From assembly GCA_040954595.2 (NCBI GenBank), contig CM082598.2:5471097-5535096 (forward strand): a DNA stretch of 64,000 nt. The letters are read 5' to 3'. This stretch comes from Balanoglossus misakiensis. Taxonomy: Eukaryota > Animalia > Hemichordata. Within the stretch, counting starts at the first letter, position 1. Every line of letters begins with the position of its first letter. Positions 51,601-64,000 of this stretch are shown piece after piece. The position numbers were made by a program, and so were the translations under genes. Below the pieces are notes generated by a model that saw only the letters and a list, made by a program, of their open reading frames with translations, did no database searches and was not told where the DNA came from.

Positions 51601-54600
51601 TAGCACAACAGTTTTAGTTTCGAGGCGAGAAGTTGAACTCCTTGCAGATAATGGGCAACTAAAACAAAAACAGACAACATCAACATTAACCCTAACGCTG
51701 CCAAGTCAGTTAAAACTGGTTTGATTTCCAGGGTGCCTAGAATCCTGGCTCCCAGGCCCGTTAGGCTGCCAAGTGTGTGTTACTCAGTAGGGCCTATACA
51801 AGACCCTCAAACCAATACAGTACAAACCAGTACGATTTGGTACATTTTACAGGGGGCTCAGACTGCCAAGTGTGTCTAAGTACGTACGAGAGCCATGTCA
51901 AGACAGTCAAAATACGTTTTAGAAGAAAAAATGGCAAATACGTTTTTAAGGGAATTGACACTCTAAACAGGTATGACACCCAGTAGCATTAAGGTTAAAT
52001 TTTTCATCTCCGTGGCTGGACCAGCAAACCTCTATTTTGTGCATTACACAAAAGCACTTTGATCAAAATTACCCATCTGATGATGCAGTTTCCATGGTGA
52101 TATCAACAATACTAAGAATACTACAGTAAGTCATGATTTTCACACTAACCTTCTTCTTTTCAAATCTTGATTTGCCACAAGTTTTTCACTTCCTGGATGT
52201 ACATAAAGAAAATGTGTAGTAAAATATTAATGTCAGAAAACATGTCAGAATGATTAAGTCAATTTAAGAATTCAGTGCTTCTTCCTCATAATCATAATCA
52301 TAAAGGGACAAAGTCTCTCTCTCGCTGCCCCTTTTCCATTAATTATGTTTGATACAAGACACCGTTTATATTACTCTACTTGTGGATATAGAGTGAATCA
52401 ATGTTTGACCACACACAACTTCCATCCTACATGTAGACACGAGAGTGAAAAACTCTCCAAAATGAATAATCGGTCTCTACCATTTATTCATTTTGGCAAA
52501 TTTTTAACTCTCATATCCTACAAACGGGATGGAAGTTGTGTATGGTCGAATGTTGATTCACTATTTATCCACATGTAGAATAATTTTATTGGTATTTTAA
52601 AAATGTTTTCCTGTTTACTTTTTTATATACAGTGTCTTGTATCAAACATAATTAATGGAAAAAGGGCAACTAGAGAGAGACTTTGTCCATTTTAACCGTC
52701 AATATAGAAAATAAAAATGAAATAAAGGGACATTCTATCAGTCAGTATTTCAATTTCTATTTAATTTTTACCTTGCGTCTTTTTGTCTCGTAATTTGACT
52801 TCTTCGACACAGTAAGACGGAAACCACCCAATTGTGTTTTGCACTCTGCCTTCCCAATAATTATGTTTACCAATGCTCAGAACTGAAAACAGAAAACATC
52901 AAAATAAATGTACATGTCACTGTCAACAATATAGATTCAGTTGGGTTCACTTTAATGCTGCCAAGTCGGTTGAAACTGGTTTGATTTCCAGGGTGCCTAG
53001 AATCCTGGCTCCCAGGCCCGTTAGACTGCCAAGTGTGTGTTATTCAGTAGGGCCTATACAAGACCCTCAAACCAATACAGTGCAAACCAGTGCAATTTGG
53101 TACATTTTACAGGGGGCTCAGATGTCAAGACAGTCAAAATACGTTTACGAAGAAAAAATGGCAAATAAGTATTTTAATGGACTTGACACTCCATAGTGGT
53201 AAAAGGGTTAAGAAATCACATTTAGCAGTTACACACAAGAAAATATTATAGCACATGTGTCACATCCACTGTCCCTCAGTCAAGAATAAACAATCTGAGC
53301 AAAATAGGTTCAAGCACATTTGAATGATGGCAACCTGACTTGAAAAACATGGTATCCAAAATGGCCACTTGGCGGCCATATTGGATAACAGCTTAAACCC
53401 TTCCACCCCCAGTTCCCTCTTTAGAGGTCCAACTTTACCATAGAAAACAATAGCTTTGGACTGAACCATGGTGGTGAAAGGGTTAAATCTGAATAGATCC
53501 AACCAACATTTAGATGTATGTAGAGTGAAATAATTTTCAGAATAAATAAATAGCTTACCTTCTACAATGTCACCTTTGCTAAGTGTTAATTCACCAGTTT
53601 CTTGCGCTGTATAATTCTTTGTTGCTATAAACACTCTACCTGGTGTACACTGCTGAACTTTCTCATGATTCATCACATTATTAATTACTATTTGGCTCGG
53701 TGCTGCATCTGAATATAAAAACAGCGGGAATATTAGTGACTTGGAAAATTAGAAATTCAATTCTTACATACATGTAACAGCCAGTTTAAAGCCCCTAGAA
53801 CTGCTAAATTTCATATATTTTGAAATATATTCCCTATCCTCTAAAATCCTCACCATTAAGCCATATTACTTGTATTGGCATCAGTTTGTCATCTCTTAGC
53901 GACGCATACCACGATAGCTGTGTACTGTTTGTATGGAGGGTGATTAAATGGGTGTGGCACCTGTTTGTAGGATATGAGAGTAAAACTCGCCAAAATGAAT
54001 AATCAGTCTCTACCATTTATTAATTTTGGGCGAGTTTTTACTCTCATATCATACAAGCGGGATGGAAGTTGTGTGTGGTCGAACGTTGATTCACTATATA
54101 TCCACATGAAGAATAACATAAACGGTGTCTTGTATCAAACATAATTAATGGAAAAAGGGCAGCGAGAGAGACTCTTTGTCCCTTTAAGGGTGTGTCTACC
54201 ACCAAAACAGCCAAACTACAACAGTCACTCCAAAACATCAAACTGGTAACACTTACATCTCACCACATCATCATAATCCGTCTGGTTTGCAACTGCAATA
54301 TGAGAAGTGCTCGATTTGGGAAACGAAAAAGTGGCAAAAGCAGGAAGACTTCTCAGTGATCCTGTTGTAGTGCTTTGCTCTGGTTTGAACTGTGGTAAAT
54401 GGGTATCGCTCCATGTTCTGTAGACTGGTAGATAGCTGGACACCGATCTTCTGCGAATGCTGTATTTGGGTTCCTCTCGAAATGGAACTGGAAAAAACAA
54501 CACAAAAATGTCATTCTTGAAAGTTGATATTACAGTTACACGACAAAAGATAATGTAAAACACTTTATTTTCGCTAGTTGAAATTTTCGCGATATCGAGA

Positions 54601-57600
54601 GAGGCCACTGTTTCGCGAGTATTAATTTTCGCGTGCTTTTATTTCATTCACTGCATCGTTATCTTCAAAAAAAATTATTGCTCGCAAAAATAAAGTGTTT
54701 TACAGTACATACATACATACATACATACATACATGTGACAGACAGACAGACAGACAGACAGACTAACATACATGCAGTCGCAAGAATGAAGTTCTTTAGA
54801 CAGCAGTTTCAACACAATGAATATATTACATGTACTTACTATTCCCCCCTGGCAGCAATAAGTGAAAAACAAAAGTGAAGAGAAAGGCTGGGTGAATGTC
54901 ATACATGTAACTCATGAAAATATCAATTTAATTAACCTCTCAACAAGCAACATTCTTTTGCCTACTGATAAAGGACTGTGGGTTAATTTTAAGGTAAACG
55001 GTCACCAATGGAAAATTAGCTATAGTTACCATGACAAATTGAGATCTAGCCAATCACAGATTTTCAGTGGGTGGCACACGCGAAAAAAAGGGCGCCACCA
55101 TGTGTTCTTTAGAACGCTCAAATACGCCATTTCAGCCATATATGGGCGTATGTAAATTGGAGGTGACTGTATACCTTTGAAGCAGTGAAATAAATATACC
55201 GTTACTCCGATGATTGCATACGTGCAAGTGTACATGCAGACACAGACAGAATCCAACAAATGCCATTATACTAATCATGGAATTGGATTGTATCTAATCC
55301 AACTGAACTTACCAACATTTAGCTTGGTGTGATTTCGTATCATTTCAGCCAATTCAAAATTGTCTGCAACAATGGCGACCTAGAACAAAGAAACAGAGTA
55401 GACCATGACGTGTGAACACAGTTCCGTGTCTGTGTACAAGGATGAGGCAGATTCAGACATGTTGGTGTAAAATCACGATGTTAATTATACCAGGTTCACA
55501 CAGGGTAAAATTTTATGGGGGTCACAAACACCATTAAGACGGTTCTGAAGCGTCTCAGATCAGATACCGTCTTAAAAAATTGTGTGTGGACAGTGTAAGT
55601 GGTCCTGAAACGTCTCAGATTTGGGTCAGCTTTGCCGGCCAGACCTGAGCTGGTGTAAGGATTAACCCCTCTCCGCAACCCATTGTCTATGGGGCCCCCG
55701 AGCCTCAACGCCTATACATAAACTTTGTGTGTGGACACAAGGCGACTCAAAGGATTAAAGGGACAAAGTCTCTCTTTCGCTGCCCCTTTTCCATTAATTA
55801 TGTTTGATACAAGACACTATTTATGTTATTCTACGTGTGGATATATAGTGAATCAATATTCGACCTCACACAACTTCCATCCCGTTTGCAGCATACGAGA
55901 GAAAAATCTCCCCAAAATGAATAAATGGTAGAGACCGATTATTCATTTTGGTGAGTTTTTCACTCTCGTGTCTACAAGTGGGATTGAAGTTGTATGTGCA
56001 GGTTGGACGTTGATTCATATATATCCACACGTAGAATAACATAAACGGTGTCTTGTATCAAACTAAATTAATGGAAAAAGGGCAGCGAGAGAGAGACTTT
56101 GTCCCTTTAATGCTCTGTGTTTACCATAGGCAAATAGTGTCTCAAATTTTTCCCTGTCTGAACCTGGTATAAGTATAACAGTAGATACAGTGACATTGGA
56201 AGGGGAAAGTGTGATAATATTGGAGTAAGTACTGACCTGAAAGGGTGACTGAGATGCGTAGTTCTTGATTTCTTTGTTAGCACCACGGAACAACAGAACT
56301 CTGGCACAAGATTCTTGATTGTAGAGTGCACACACGTGTAGAGCTGTGTTCCCCGCTGTATTCTGGACATTCATATCGACTCCATAGTACAACAGGTGTT
56401 CAAGGTGTTGGATTTTACCATATCGACACGCCTGAAAGTGATCAACAGGCTTGAATTGGCTACCTGAATGTGTTAAGGACACTGATAAACAGTGCATGTG
56501 TGTTTTTCTCCATAGGATTGCATTGATAATTGCTAGAAAACATACTTCTACTATTGTCATTTTCACGAAATTTTACACATAGCCGTCAAGTAAAAATAAA
56601 TTCATTGGTCATATAAAATTGTGTGGTCACCGCACTCTATTTTGAGATAAATTGTGCGAAAAATGTGCCCATGGACAAACCATTGGTGAAAAATGCTGAG
56701 TCAGCAGATTTCTTCTATTATCGACTAATTGATGGCTCTATATTTCAAAAACAAGCACGGTGACCCCTATATTTTATTATACATACAAAGGAGAATCCAA
56801 AATCCACAATTAAAAGAAATGAAAATACTGTCAATTTTACTGAACGTACATCCTTAGCTAAGATGAAAAATAACACAAGTACCGGTACTATTACTATAAC
56901 AGCCTTTCAGAAATATCGAAGGTATGTTAAGAAATATTTGTTGTCATTTTACAGTATTTACCTGATGGATTTCTCGCCAGCCTTGGTCGTCTGCTACATT
57001 AATATTGGATCTTTCATGTAATAACAATTGAACACAGTCTGCATTGGAATTGCTGAACATGGTGTGGTATAACGGTGTTAGTCCTTTGCCATCCTTCAGA
57101 TTTGGTGATGTACCGAGATCTAGAAATATCTGCGGGAATACACAAGTACTGTTACTATTGGATTCTAGTCAGACGGCTCAGAGAACACTAAGATTTTATT
57201 CATTAAAGCTCTATTAGCTGTAACTTTTTCGATATGTTTTAAGTATTTTTGTTTCGTGTGTCTACTGCAGTTTCTTGTTCAGATCCCTGAAGCCTGATGA
57301 AATGCCCAGTATCCATCAGTATCCATTGTTAATAATATTGTGCAAAATTTGAATTCAAGTCCAGACTAGAATTCATTCGTCAACAATAACAATGGCCATT
57401 GCACACATACAGGCTATGTTGACAAATGGAGTACTGGGTATTATAAGTATGCTGTTTTGAGTAGAACAACCAAGAAATTGCGTTTGTTAATAAACATTAC
57501 AATTCATCCACAAATCCCTGAAATTAGACAATTCTTAGAATGAACGAAGCAGCCCACCGTAGCGTAGACTGGGCATGACATAACTGAAGATCCTAGTAGG

Positions 57601-60600
57601 TCGTGGCGACTGCAGTGAGGTTTGAGGCAACAATATTTCAATGGATCTCAAGTTGACATTACCTTCAAACTTTTGTAATTTGCGGTCCTGGCAGCTTTAT
57701 GAAGAGGTGTCAGACCGTCTGTTGATCGATAATCCACATGAGCACCTCCATTCACCAAAGTCATGATGAGTTTATCACTATTCTCCACCACAGCAGCAAC
57801 TGTCAGTGGTGTTTCTATTAGAATGCAATCAAAGAAGAAAATTCAGGTCATTGCTTGCAATGTGATCTCAATGGGTATTAAAGCCCCTAGAGCTGCCAAA
57901 TTGCTCATATTTTTTTCCACAATTGCATACTTCAAATCTATTCCCTATCCTCTAAAATCATCACCATTAAGCCATATTACTTGCATTTGCATCAGTTTGT
58001 CATCTCTTGGCGATGCATACTACGATAGCTGTGTACTGTTTGTATGGAGGCTGATTCAATGGGTGTGGCACCGTTTTAATACATAGCATTTTAAAATTGT
58101 AACATACAGCCACAATCTGGCATCGATAAGTTGTTCGTGTATACCTATCAGTAAGCTCATTTTGGTGTACCAATCTAAGTTGGACAATAATAAAATGTTG
58201 ATTGACTTTAATATGTTAACTACAAAGGCAGAAATGTTTGACCAAAGGAAGTCATGAAATAAAATAAACATATTTTTTCTATCTCTTACTACAGTGAGTT
58301 GTCGACTTTTTACCCAGAATGCAATTATTATAATGGGATTTGACCCCCCAGCACAAAGTGAAACCCTATTTAAGGCAGCCAGAAATCACACTCAATAATT
58401 GTTGGTGGAAAAAACTTACCTCCAGTACTTTCATCATGATAGTTGGGATCCAATCCTTTATCTAACATCTTACTAACTTTACCAACAGATAAAGTTTTCA
58501 CAAAATGCATGAAATTCTTCAAGTTAGCTTTGCTGTGCAACTTTCGGATTTGCATTTTATCCAGCTTCAATTGCCTGTAGACTCTTCTTTTATATTTGAA
58601 CTGAAAGGAAATAAATCGGTCAAATAGATATACACGGCACAGAGTTGACCCTAGTTGACACAAAACTTTACTGCAACCTTTCTGTTCCAAATCGCGTGAT
58701 CAAATCCACAGAATAAAATAGGTGTCATGTGTTGAAGACAGTCCACCTTTCAAATCAATATCAGGTACACGACACATGATAATATATAATTTCTTTGCCA
58801 AACGATACATGCATCTAAGATCAGATCAATGATTCCTATCTGTATTTTCACTAAATTTATTTGCACTACAAAGCTGTGTTATTTGTGACAGGAAAATGTA
58901 GCTCTTTCAAATATCTTCTCTGCCTTTTTTATGAAAAATTGTTTGATCTACTCATTTGGTCAGCGAGGGAATATGAACATATCAGAGAGACATATAGACA
59001 GATATCTTCATAACCTCATAGTATTACATTTAGACCAAAGCTATTGGCATCGGCGATAATTACTTTGTTGCATAATACATGCTTGCCATTAAAATATTCC
59101 AGATAAGGCTGGTATGGTCTAAACGTAATATGCATAGAGCTTACTACAATCTGATATAATTGAATGTCACCTTTTGACAGCAGTGGTTGATTGCATTGTA
59201 CAATTCTAACACAGTGTAAAAATTTGTGTTCGGAATTTAACATCTATATTTTATAGTTATATTGTTAAAATGACAATGGTATGCTAATAAAATACAGTTT
59301 TGTGAAATTCTCACATGATGTAGATATAATTATGGACATTTCTGGCGACATTTTTTATTCTCCTTTGTTATCAGATAGCATGCTGTATATGCATTCATTT
59401 CATGGCGGATACAATTTCATTGTTTTCATGTGTATTATATTTGCTAGGTTTAATTTTGGGCAACAATAGGGTTTACTATGGCTTTACATCTTCACTGAAG
59501 ATTTATTTGGTAGATTATCAATTATCAAAAAAGCAAACCAAATTAAAATCCACAGAAAAATTAATGCCCTGTGAATCATTTTCTTTTTTTTGAAAGAACA
59601 AGATGAGAAAAACCAGGGAATTGACACATCTCAAATTATCACCATTAACCCTAACGCTGCCAAGTCAGTTGAAACTGGTTTGGTTTCCAGGCTAGTGTGC
59701 CTAGAATCCTAGCTCTGCCACCCAGGTCTGTTAGGCTGCCAAGTGTGTGTTATTCAGTAGAGCCTATACAAGACCCTCAGACCAATACAGTGCAAACAAG
59801 TCCGATTTGGTACATTTTACAGGGGGCTCAGACTGCCAAGTGTGTCGAAGTACGTATGAGAGCCATGTCAAGACAGTCAAATTATGTTTTAGAAGAACAA
59901 GTGGCAAATACGTATTTTAAGGGACTTGACACTCTAACCAGGTTTGACACCCAGTAGCATTAGGGTTAAAATATATCTTATACAACTCTCAAATATTTAC
60001 TTCTAAAAAAGCTATGGACAGACTTTTCAATTTAATTTATAGACTGCTATCTATCACAGCAAATTCTAGTTAGTGAAAAATTGCTGGTATGAAGCTGGTT
60101 TAAATCAAGCATTGTCAAAAAATATCCATTTTTTTATTCTATTGAAGAGACATTAGCTGTAATTTTTGGTTTTATTTCCAGTGGTTTACTCTGTGTACCA
60201 AATGCAATTTCATGTTCTTCTCCAAACAGCGTGCTAGTATACCCAATACTCCGTTTGTCAACATAGCCATTGTTATTGTTGACAAATGAATTCTAGTCCG
60301 GACTTGAATGCGAATTGTGCACAATAACAATGCTGACTATAAACATATATGTTGTGTTGATAATCTAATTTACTAAATACTGGGTATTTCAACATGTTCC
60401 AGGAATTTAAACAAGAAACTGCAGTAGATACACAAAACAAAAATACTGAAAACCTAGTGAAAAATTACAGCTAATTCTCCTGTTTCCAAATTGTCAATTT
60501 CTACAATATTTGGTGTTTGAACTTACTTCCAGATAGGCAATGGCACCACGCAAAGGATAATCTCGGAGGGGTCGCTCCTCGTCAAGGAATTTTCCGGCTT

Positions 60601-61900
60601 TTCCATTTTCCGGTGGCAGGTAGAAACCGTAGTTGTTGCCATCGTCGAGCTCTTTGGATAATGTCGCTAAAACTTGCTGTTTGGCAGTCCACACGGTCTT
60701 ATCAAGGTGAAAGCATAGACATTTCTGAAAGATAATCATGTTATTATTAAGGATGTACGTTCAGTACAATTGAAAGTATTATCATTTCTTTACACTGGAT
60801 TTTTGGATTCTCTTTTGTATGTATTTATGAAAATCTGTAATAAAATATAGGGGTCACCGCGCTTGTTTATGAAATACAGAGGCATGAATTTGGTCGATAA
60901 TTCAAGAAAACTGCTGACTCAGCATTTTTCACCAATGGTTTGTCTATGGGCAAAATTTTTAAACGCAAATTATCTTTAAAAAGAGCGCGGTGACCCCTTT
61001 ATTTTATTTGACCAATGAATTTATATTTGCTGGACTGGGCTATGTGTAAAATTTCATGAAAATGACAATAGTAGAAGTTTGTTTTCTGGCGAATTATCAT
61101 TGCAATCCTATGGGAAAAAGATTTATGTTCTGCGCGTACATCCTTAAAATCAGCAAAGGACATTTTAGAAGAGATGTAACACAGAAAACCCTCATCCTGT
61201 CTCAACATTGGTGACCTACAATGTTTACAGTTACCACACAGTAAAAAAAATGTTTACTGTTACCACGGTTTCAGTCAGTTTCCACTAGAACCCACATCAA
61301 CTCAACAGAATGGACAGAGCTGTGGGTGGGACATACTATGACAAGAGTATGAATATGTCCATGTTTCTTTTTTTTGAATTAGAGGGATATTTTTATAGTC
61401 AAAATAATTAAATAATGTAAAATATGGTGACTTTGTTCTTTACACTTGCATGAGATGTAACTTTGGGCAACACTGTTGTTGGATATTGTTTTGTAGTCAT
61501 TAACCCGTTCATCCCCACTTCTTTCGTTAGAGGTCCAACTTTACCATAGAAAACAATGGATTTGGACTGAACCACTGCGGTGAAAGGGTTAAAGGTTATA
61601 ACTTTGAATGGGTGGATATTGTATCGTTGCCAAGAAATTTCAGAGAGTTGCAACTAGCGTGAATGATTTCTCTGTTCTTACCTGTAAATGTTGTTCAGGA
61701 ATTGCTACTCGTACATACACAGTGCTGACACTATCAGTCTTGGAATCCACTGCAATACTCTGCCTGTGGGCCAGAGACACTTGCGATGAGGGTCCATTCT
61801 CCATCTTTGTAGGTGGTGGTGGGGGTGGGGGGTCTTGAGGTGGTGGTGGGGGGATGTGGTCCGGAGGTGGGGGAATTTCTTCATCGTTGTACTTGTCCAT
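45687..61900 (-). CDS. SHANK: SH3 and multiple ankyrin repeat domains protein (Shank/ProSAP), 16 coding exons, about 1633 aa
   Basis: Exons 61900-61682, 60724-60527 (SPN domain, GKFLDEERPLRDYP), 58600-58420, 57814-57663, 57129-56962, 56431-56237, 55379-55313 (ankyrin repeats), 54487-54257, 53708-53559, 52882-52772 (SH3, WEGRV...GWFPSYCV), 52192-52150, 51658-51433, 50806-50644 (PDZ, GFGFVLRGAK...LQYLDSVD), 49655-49575, 49014-46567 (Pro-rich), 45955-45687 (SAM). Total 4902 nt in frame. An in-frame stop lies just upstream of ATG 61900. Confidence 0.95.
47865..48006 (-). repeat. Coding tandem repeat in SHANK, 36 bp x about 4 (RPGSTDSVVMAT)
   Basis: Visible in both DNA and translation. Confidence 0.9.
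50190..50544. mobile_element. MITE family A copy
   Basis: Family A foldback in a SHANK intron. Confidence 0.9.
50847..51156. mobile_element. MITE family I, TTAA|AGTGCGTAGCTCGTCTCACGCGCATG...CATGCGTGTGAGACGAGCTAGGCGCT|TTAA
   Basis: Near-identical interior at 15223-15532; decayed copy at about 6650-6870. Confidence 0.85.
52300..52695. mobile_element. MITE family A copy with an AT-rich insertion in the right arm
   Basis: Family A ends plus about 45 extra AT-rich nt near 52583-52628. Confidence 0.88.
53394..53486. mobile_element. MITE family D, about 95 bp, TTAA|CCC...GTGAAAGGG|TTAA (piggyBac-like ends)
   Basis: Shared core AGAGGTCCAACTT...TTTGGACTGAACCA. Copies at about 3300-3393, 6387-6478, 22690-22780, 23253-23335, 42285-42362, 43868-43966, 61500-61592. 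Confidence 0.8.
54706..54772. repeat. Compound (CATA)n/(GACA)n microsatellite
   Basis: Read directly from the sequence. Confidence 0.85.
55490..56166. mobile_element. TA-flanked element (CCAGGTTCACACAGGG...CCCTGTCTGAACCTGG) interrupted by a family A MITE
   Basis: Terminal inverted repeats with TA flanks; an uninterrupted relative lies at about 5155-5400. Confidence 0.75.
55755..56110. mobile_element. MITE family A: about 350-bp foldback palindrome, TTAA target duplication, AGGG...CCCT ends (Kolobok-like)
   Basis: TTAA|AGGGACAAAGTCTCTCT...AGAGACTTTGTCCCT|TTAA, with arms complementary almost to the centre. About 17 copies: 3164-3280 (partial), 4567-4818 (partial), 9172-9519, 13746-14109, 16209-16558, 21460-21809, 28990-29278 (partial), 29550-29904, 38590-38931, 42407-42762, 43963-44323, 45297-45636, 50190-50544, 52300-52695, 53963-54187 (half), 55755-56110, 63951-64000. 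Confidence 0.92.
60747..61147. mobile_element. MITE family J, TTAA|GGATGTACG...CGTACATCC|TTAA
   Basis: Related copies at 40617-41015 and, inverted, at 56578-56854. Confidence 0.8.
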
Positions 61901-63424
61901 ACTTCGGTTTTAAGACTCCACTGAAGTCAAGTCATTAGCGTACAAGTGTATGATGAACTTCCCCAAGGCCATGGAAATCACTGTATACTTCACTGGAATG
62001 AAAACAAAAGACAATTATAAGTGAAGATGGAGATTTTCTTGCCATTTTTCCCCATATGAATAGCTAATGTTCTTTTATGTATTGCGTGTTCTCAAAATTT
62101 ATTTAACACTGTCAGGATTGGGCATCTTGCCTGGCATACTAGTAATTAAAAAGTGGTATTGAGTGGTCAGTCTGTTTTCCAGTTCAACCAATAAATAATT
62201 TTGAATGTCTTGGCATGGCTTATATCAGCTGTGTTCTCCCCCGAGCAATTAAATCATGGTGGCCACCAGTCGTTAATTTTCAGAAGACAATAGAACATAA
62301 TTAACATAACAATTGATTACAAAGTTATGCAAATTAGCCGTCATGCTTACCCAAAGCCTGGGGAGAACACTTTTACATCCAAAGTTTGAAATTCACTGAC
62401 TGAGCTGCAGTGTGATAGTTTGAACTCCCTCAAGAATTCAGCCAATCTCACCACATTTCACTGGTTTGGGAATTACTTGTCATATATAGGCCCCACTGAA
62501 CCACTACAGTTGACAGATTAATGGGCCTTTGTGGCAGGGCTGTGTACAGTGTATACACACAGACCTGCCATGCAGAGCTACCTGGGTGCCAGAAGTTCAG
62601 GTTGCTTGTTAAGTGTTTTGTATAATTTTTGGTGCTTGTAAATGTACCCAATTTTTTTATTTATCTTTTAAAGGTATACAGTCACCTCCAATTTACATAT
62701 GCCATATATGGCTGAAATGGCGTATTTGGGCGTTCTAAAGAACATATGGTGGCGCTCTTTTTTTCGCGTGTGCCACCCACTGAAAATCTGTGATTGGCTA
62801 GATCTTAAGTGGCTATAGTAACTGTAGCTAAATTTCCATAGGTGACCTTTAAATAAAAACTCACTGGACATAAACTTTTATATCCCTTTCTGTAGTGTGG
62901 CATCTTAGCATGATAGAAAATTCTACAATTATTTACACACAGACACAGTCAAAGATAACGGGATGAACAAATTGTCAAAATGTTCAATTCTAAGTCAATG
63001 TTTCCTTCAATAATATTTTTAGAAATTCTAATGTAGGTTATAAAAGTTACAGGTATTTTGACAGAGGCTCACTTTGCAATGATGACAAATTTTGATATTT
63101 ATGACACACTAGAACACCTTAGCACCGGTATGTGCCAATTAAGATATGATTTATTTGTGTACACATACAATGTATGGCATGCAATTGATGACTTTGTGGG
63201 TGCAGCTAGCTTAGCATTTTGGATTTAGGTGAATACTGTAAAACAGGTTATTTTTGCGACAGGAAATTTTCATGATATCAAAAAAGGCAACTGTTACGCG
63301 AGGATTAATTTTCGCGTTTTCGTATTTCATTACCTGCATCGTTATCTCCGAAAGCATTTTACGTGACTTTCTATTTTTCATGTTTTTTCTGGCTCTCATG
63401 ACTTTATCATTTTTGGACATTTTT

Positions 63425-63636
63425 CATGGGTTATAGCTCATGAATTTTTTTCATGGGTTATAGCTCATGATTTTTTTTTCATGGGTTATAGCTCATGAAT
63501 TTTTTTCATGGGTTATAGCTCATGAATTTTTTTCATGGGTTATAGCTCATGAATTTTTTTCATGGGTTATAGCTCATGAATTTTTTTTCATGGGTTATAG
63601 CTCATGAATTTTTTTTCATGGGTTATAGCTCATGAA
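63425..63636. repeat. Minisatellite, 27-28 bp unit CATGGGTTATAGCTCATGAATTTTTTT x8
   Basis: Eight head-to-tail copies differing mainly in T-run length; no spacers. Confidence 0.95.
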
Positions 63637-64000
63637 AATTGATGGAAAACGAGAATTTCACGACTTTTCGTACTTTGGTGACTTTATGATCACTTTTTAT
63701 TGCTTTCAAAAATAACCCGTTTTACAGTAATTAATAGGTGTGGTAATGATGCCTGTACATATTTTGGATATCTGATGCATGGTTCTGTAGTGTAGGTGTG
63801 GAGCAACTGACCAAGGGTGGCATTTTATTATCCTCCTTGAGATGCACAGAGACCTGCTACAATCTCACCCTCAGGAAACAGAAAATTCCAATGAAATAAC
63901 CAGACTTAATAAAGGGGATATTCAAAATGATCATGCACAAGACATTAATTTTAAAGGGACAAAGTCTCTCTCTCACTGCCCTTTTTCCATTAATTATGTT

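Noticed and set aside
57285-57330. CTGATGA motifs (also at about 27254, 39127, 52077) as hammerhead ribozyme cores
   Set aside because: No matching stem II plus GAAA core could be built by eye.
63425-63636. CRISPR-like array of ~28-bp repeats
   Set aside because: Repeats are head-to-tail with no unique spacers, there are no cas genes, and the context is eukaryotic.

Overview
Eukaryotic, AT-rich, intron-rich metazoan DNA. It is probably a marine invertebrate, possibly a deuterostome such as a hemichordate, but that assignment is inference. Five spliced protein-coding genes were rebuilt by hand from GT-AG junctions and reading-frame phase. (1) USP47 deubiquitinase, minus strand, ATG at 19869, running off the left edge. 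(2) RPL10A/uL1, plus strand, 20295-23737, head-to-head with USP47. (3) An SLC28/CNT nucleoside transporter, plus strand, 27295-33574. (4) A divergent TGF-beta superfamily ligand, minus strand, 37615-35159. (5) SHANK, minus strand, 61900-45687, with SPN-ANK-SH3-PDZ-Pro-rich-SAM domains. Introns are saturated with at least ten families of non-autonomous DNA transposons (MITEs with TTAA or TA ends). Most short ORFs in the supplied track come from these repeats. The most interesting non-coding signals are in the RPL10A introns: two paralogous C/D-box snoRNAs resembling U45/SNORD45 (predicted guide for 18S Um172), and a candidate L10a autoregulatory hairpin followed by an alternative 5' splice site that would add a premature stop. 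No CRISPR array, tRNA, rRNA or autonomous transposase was found.
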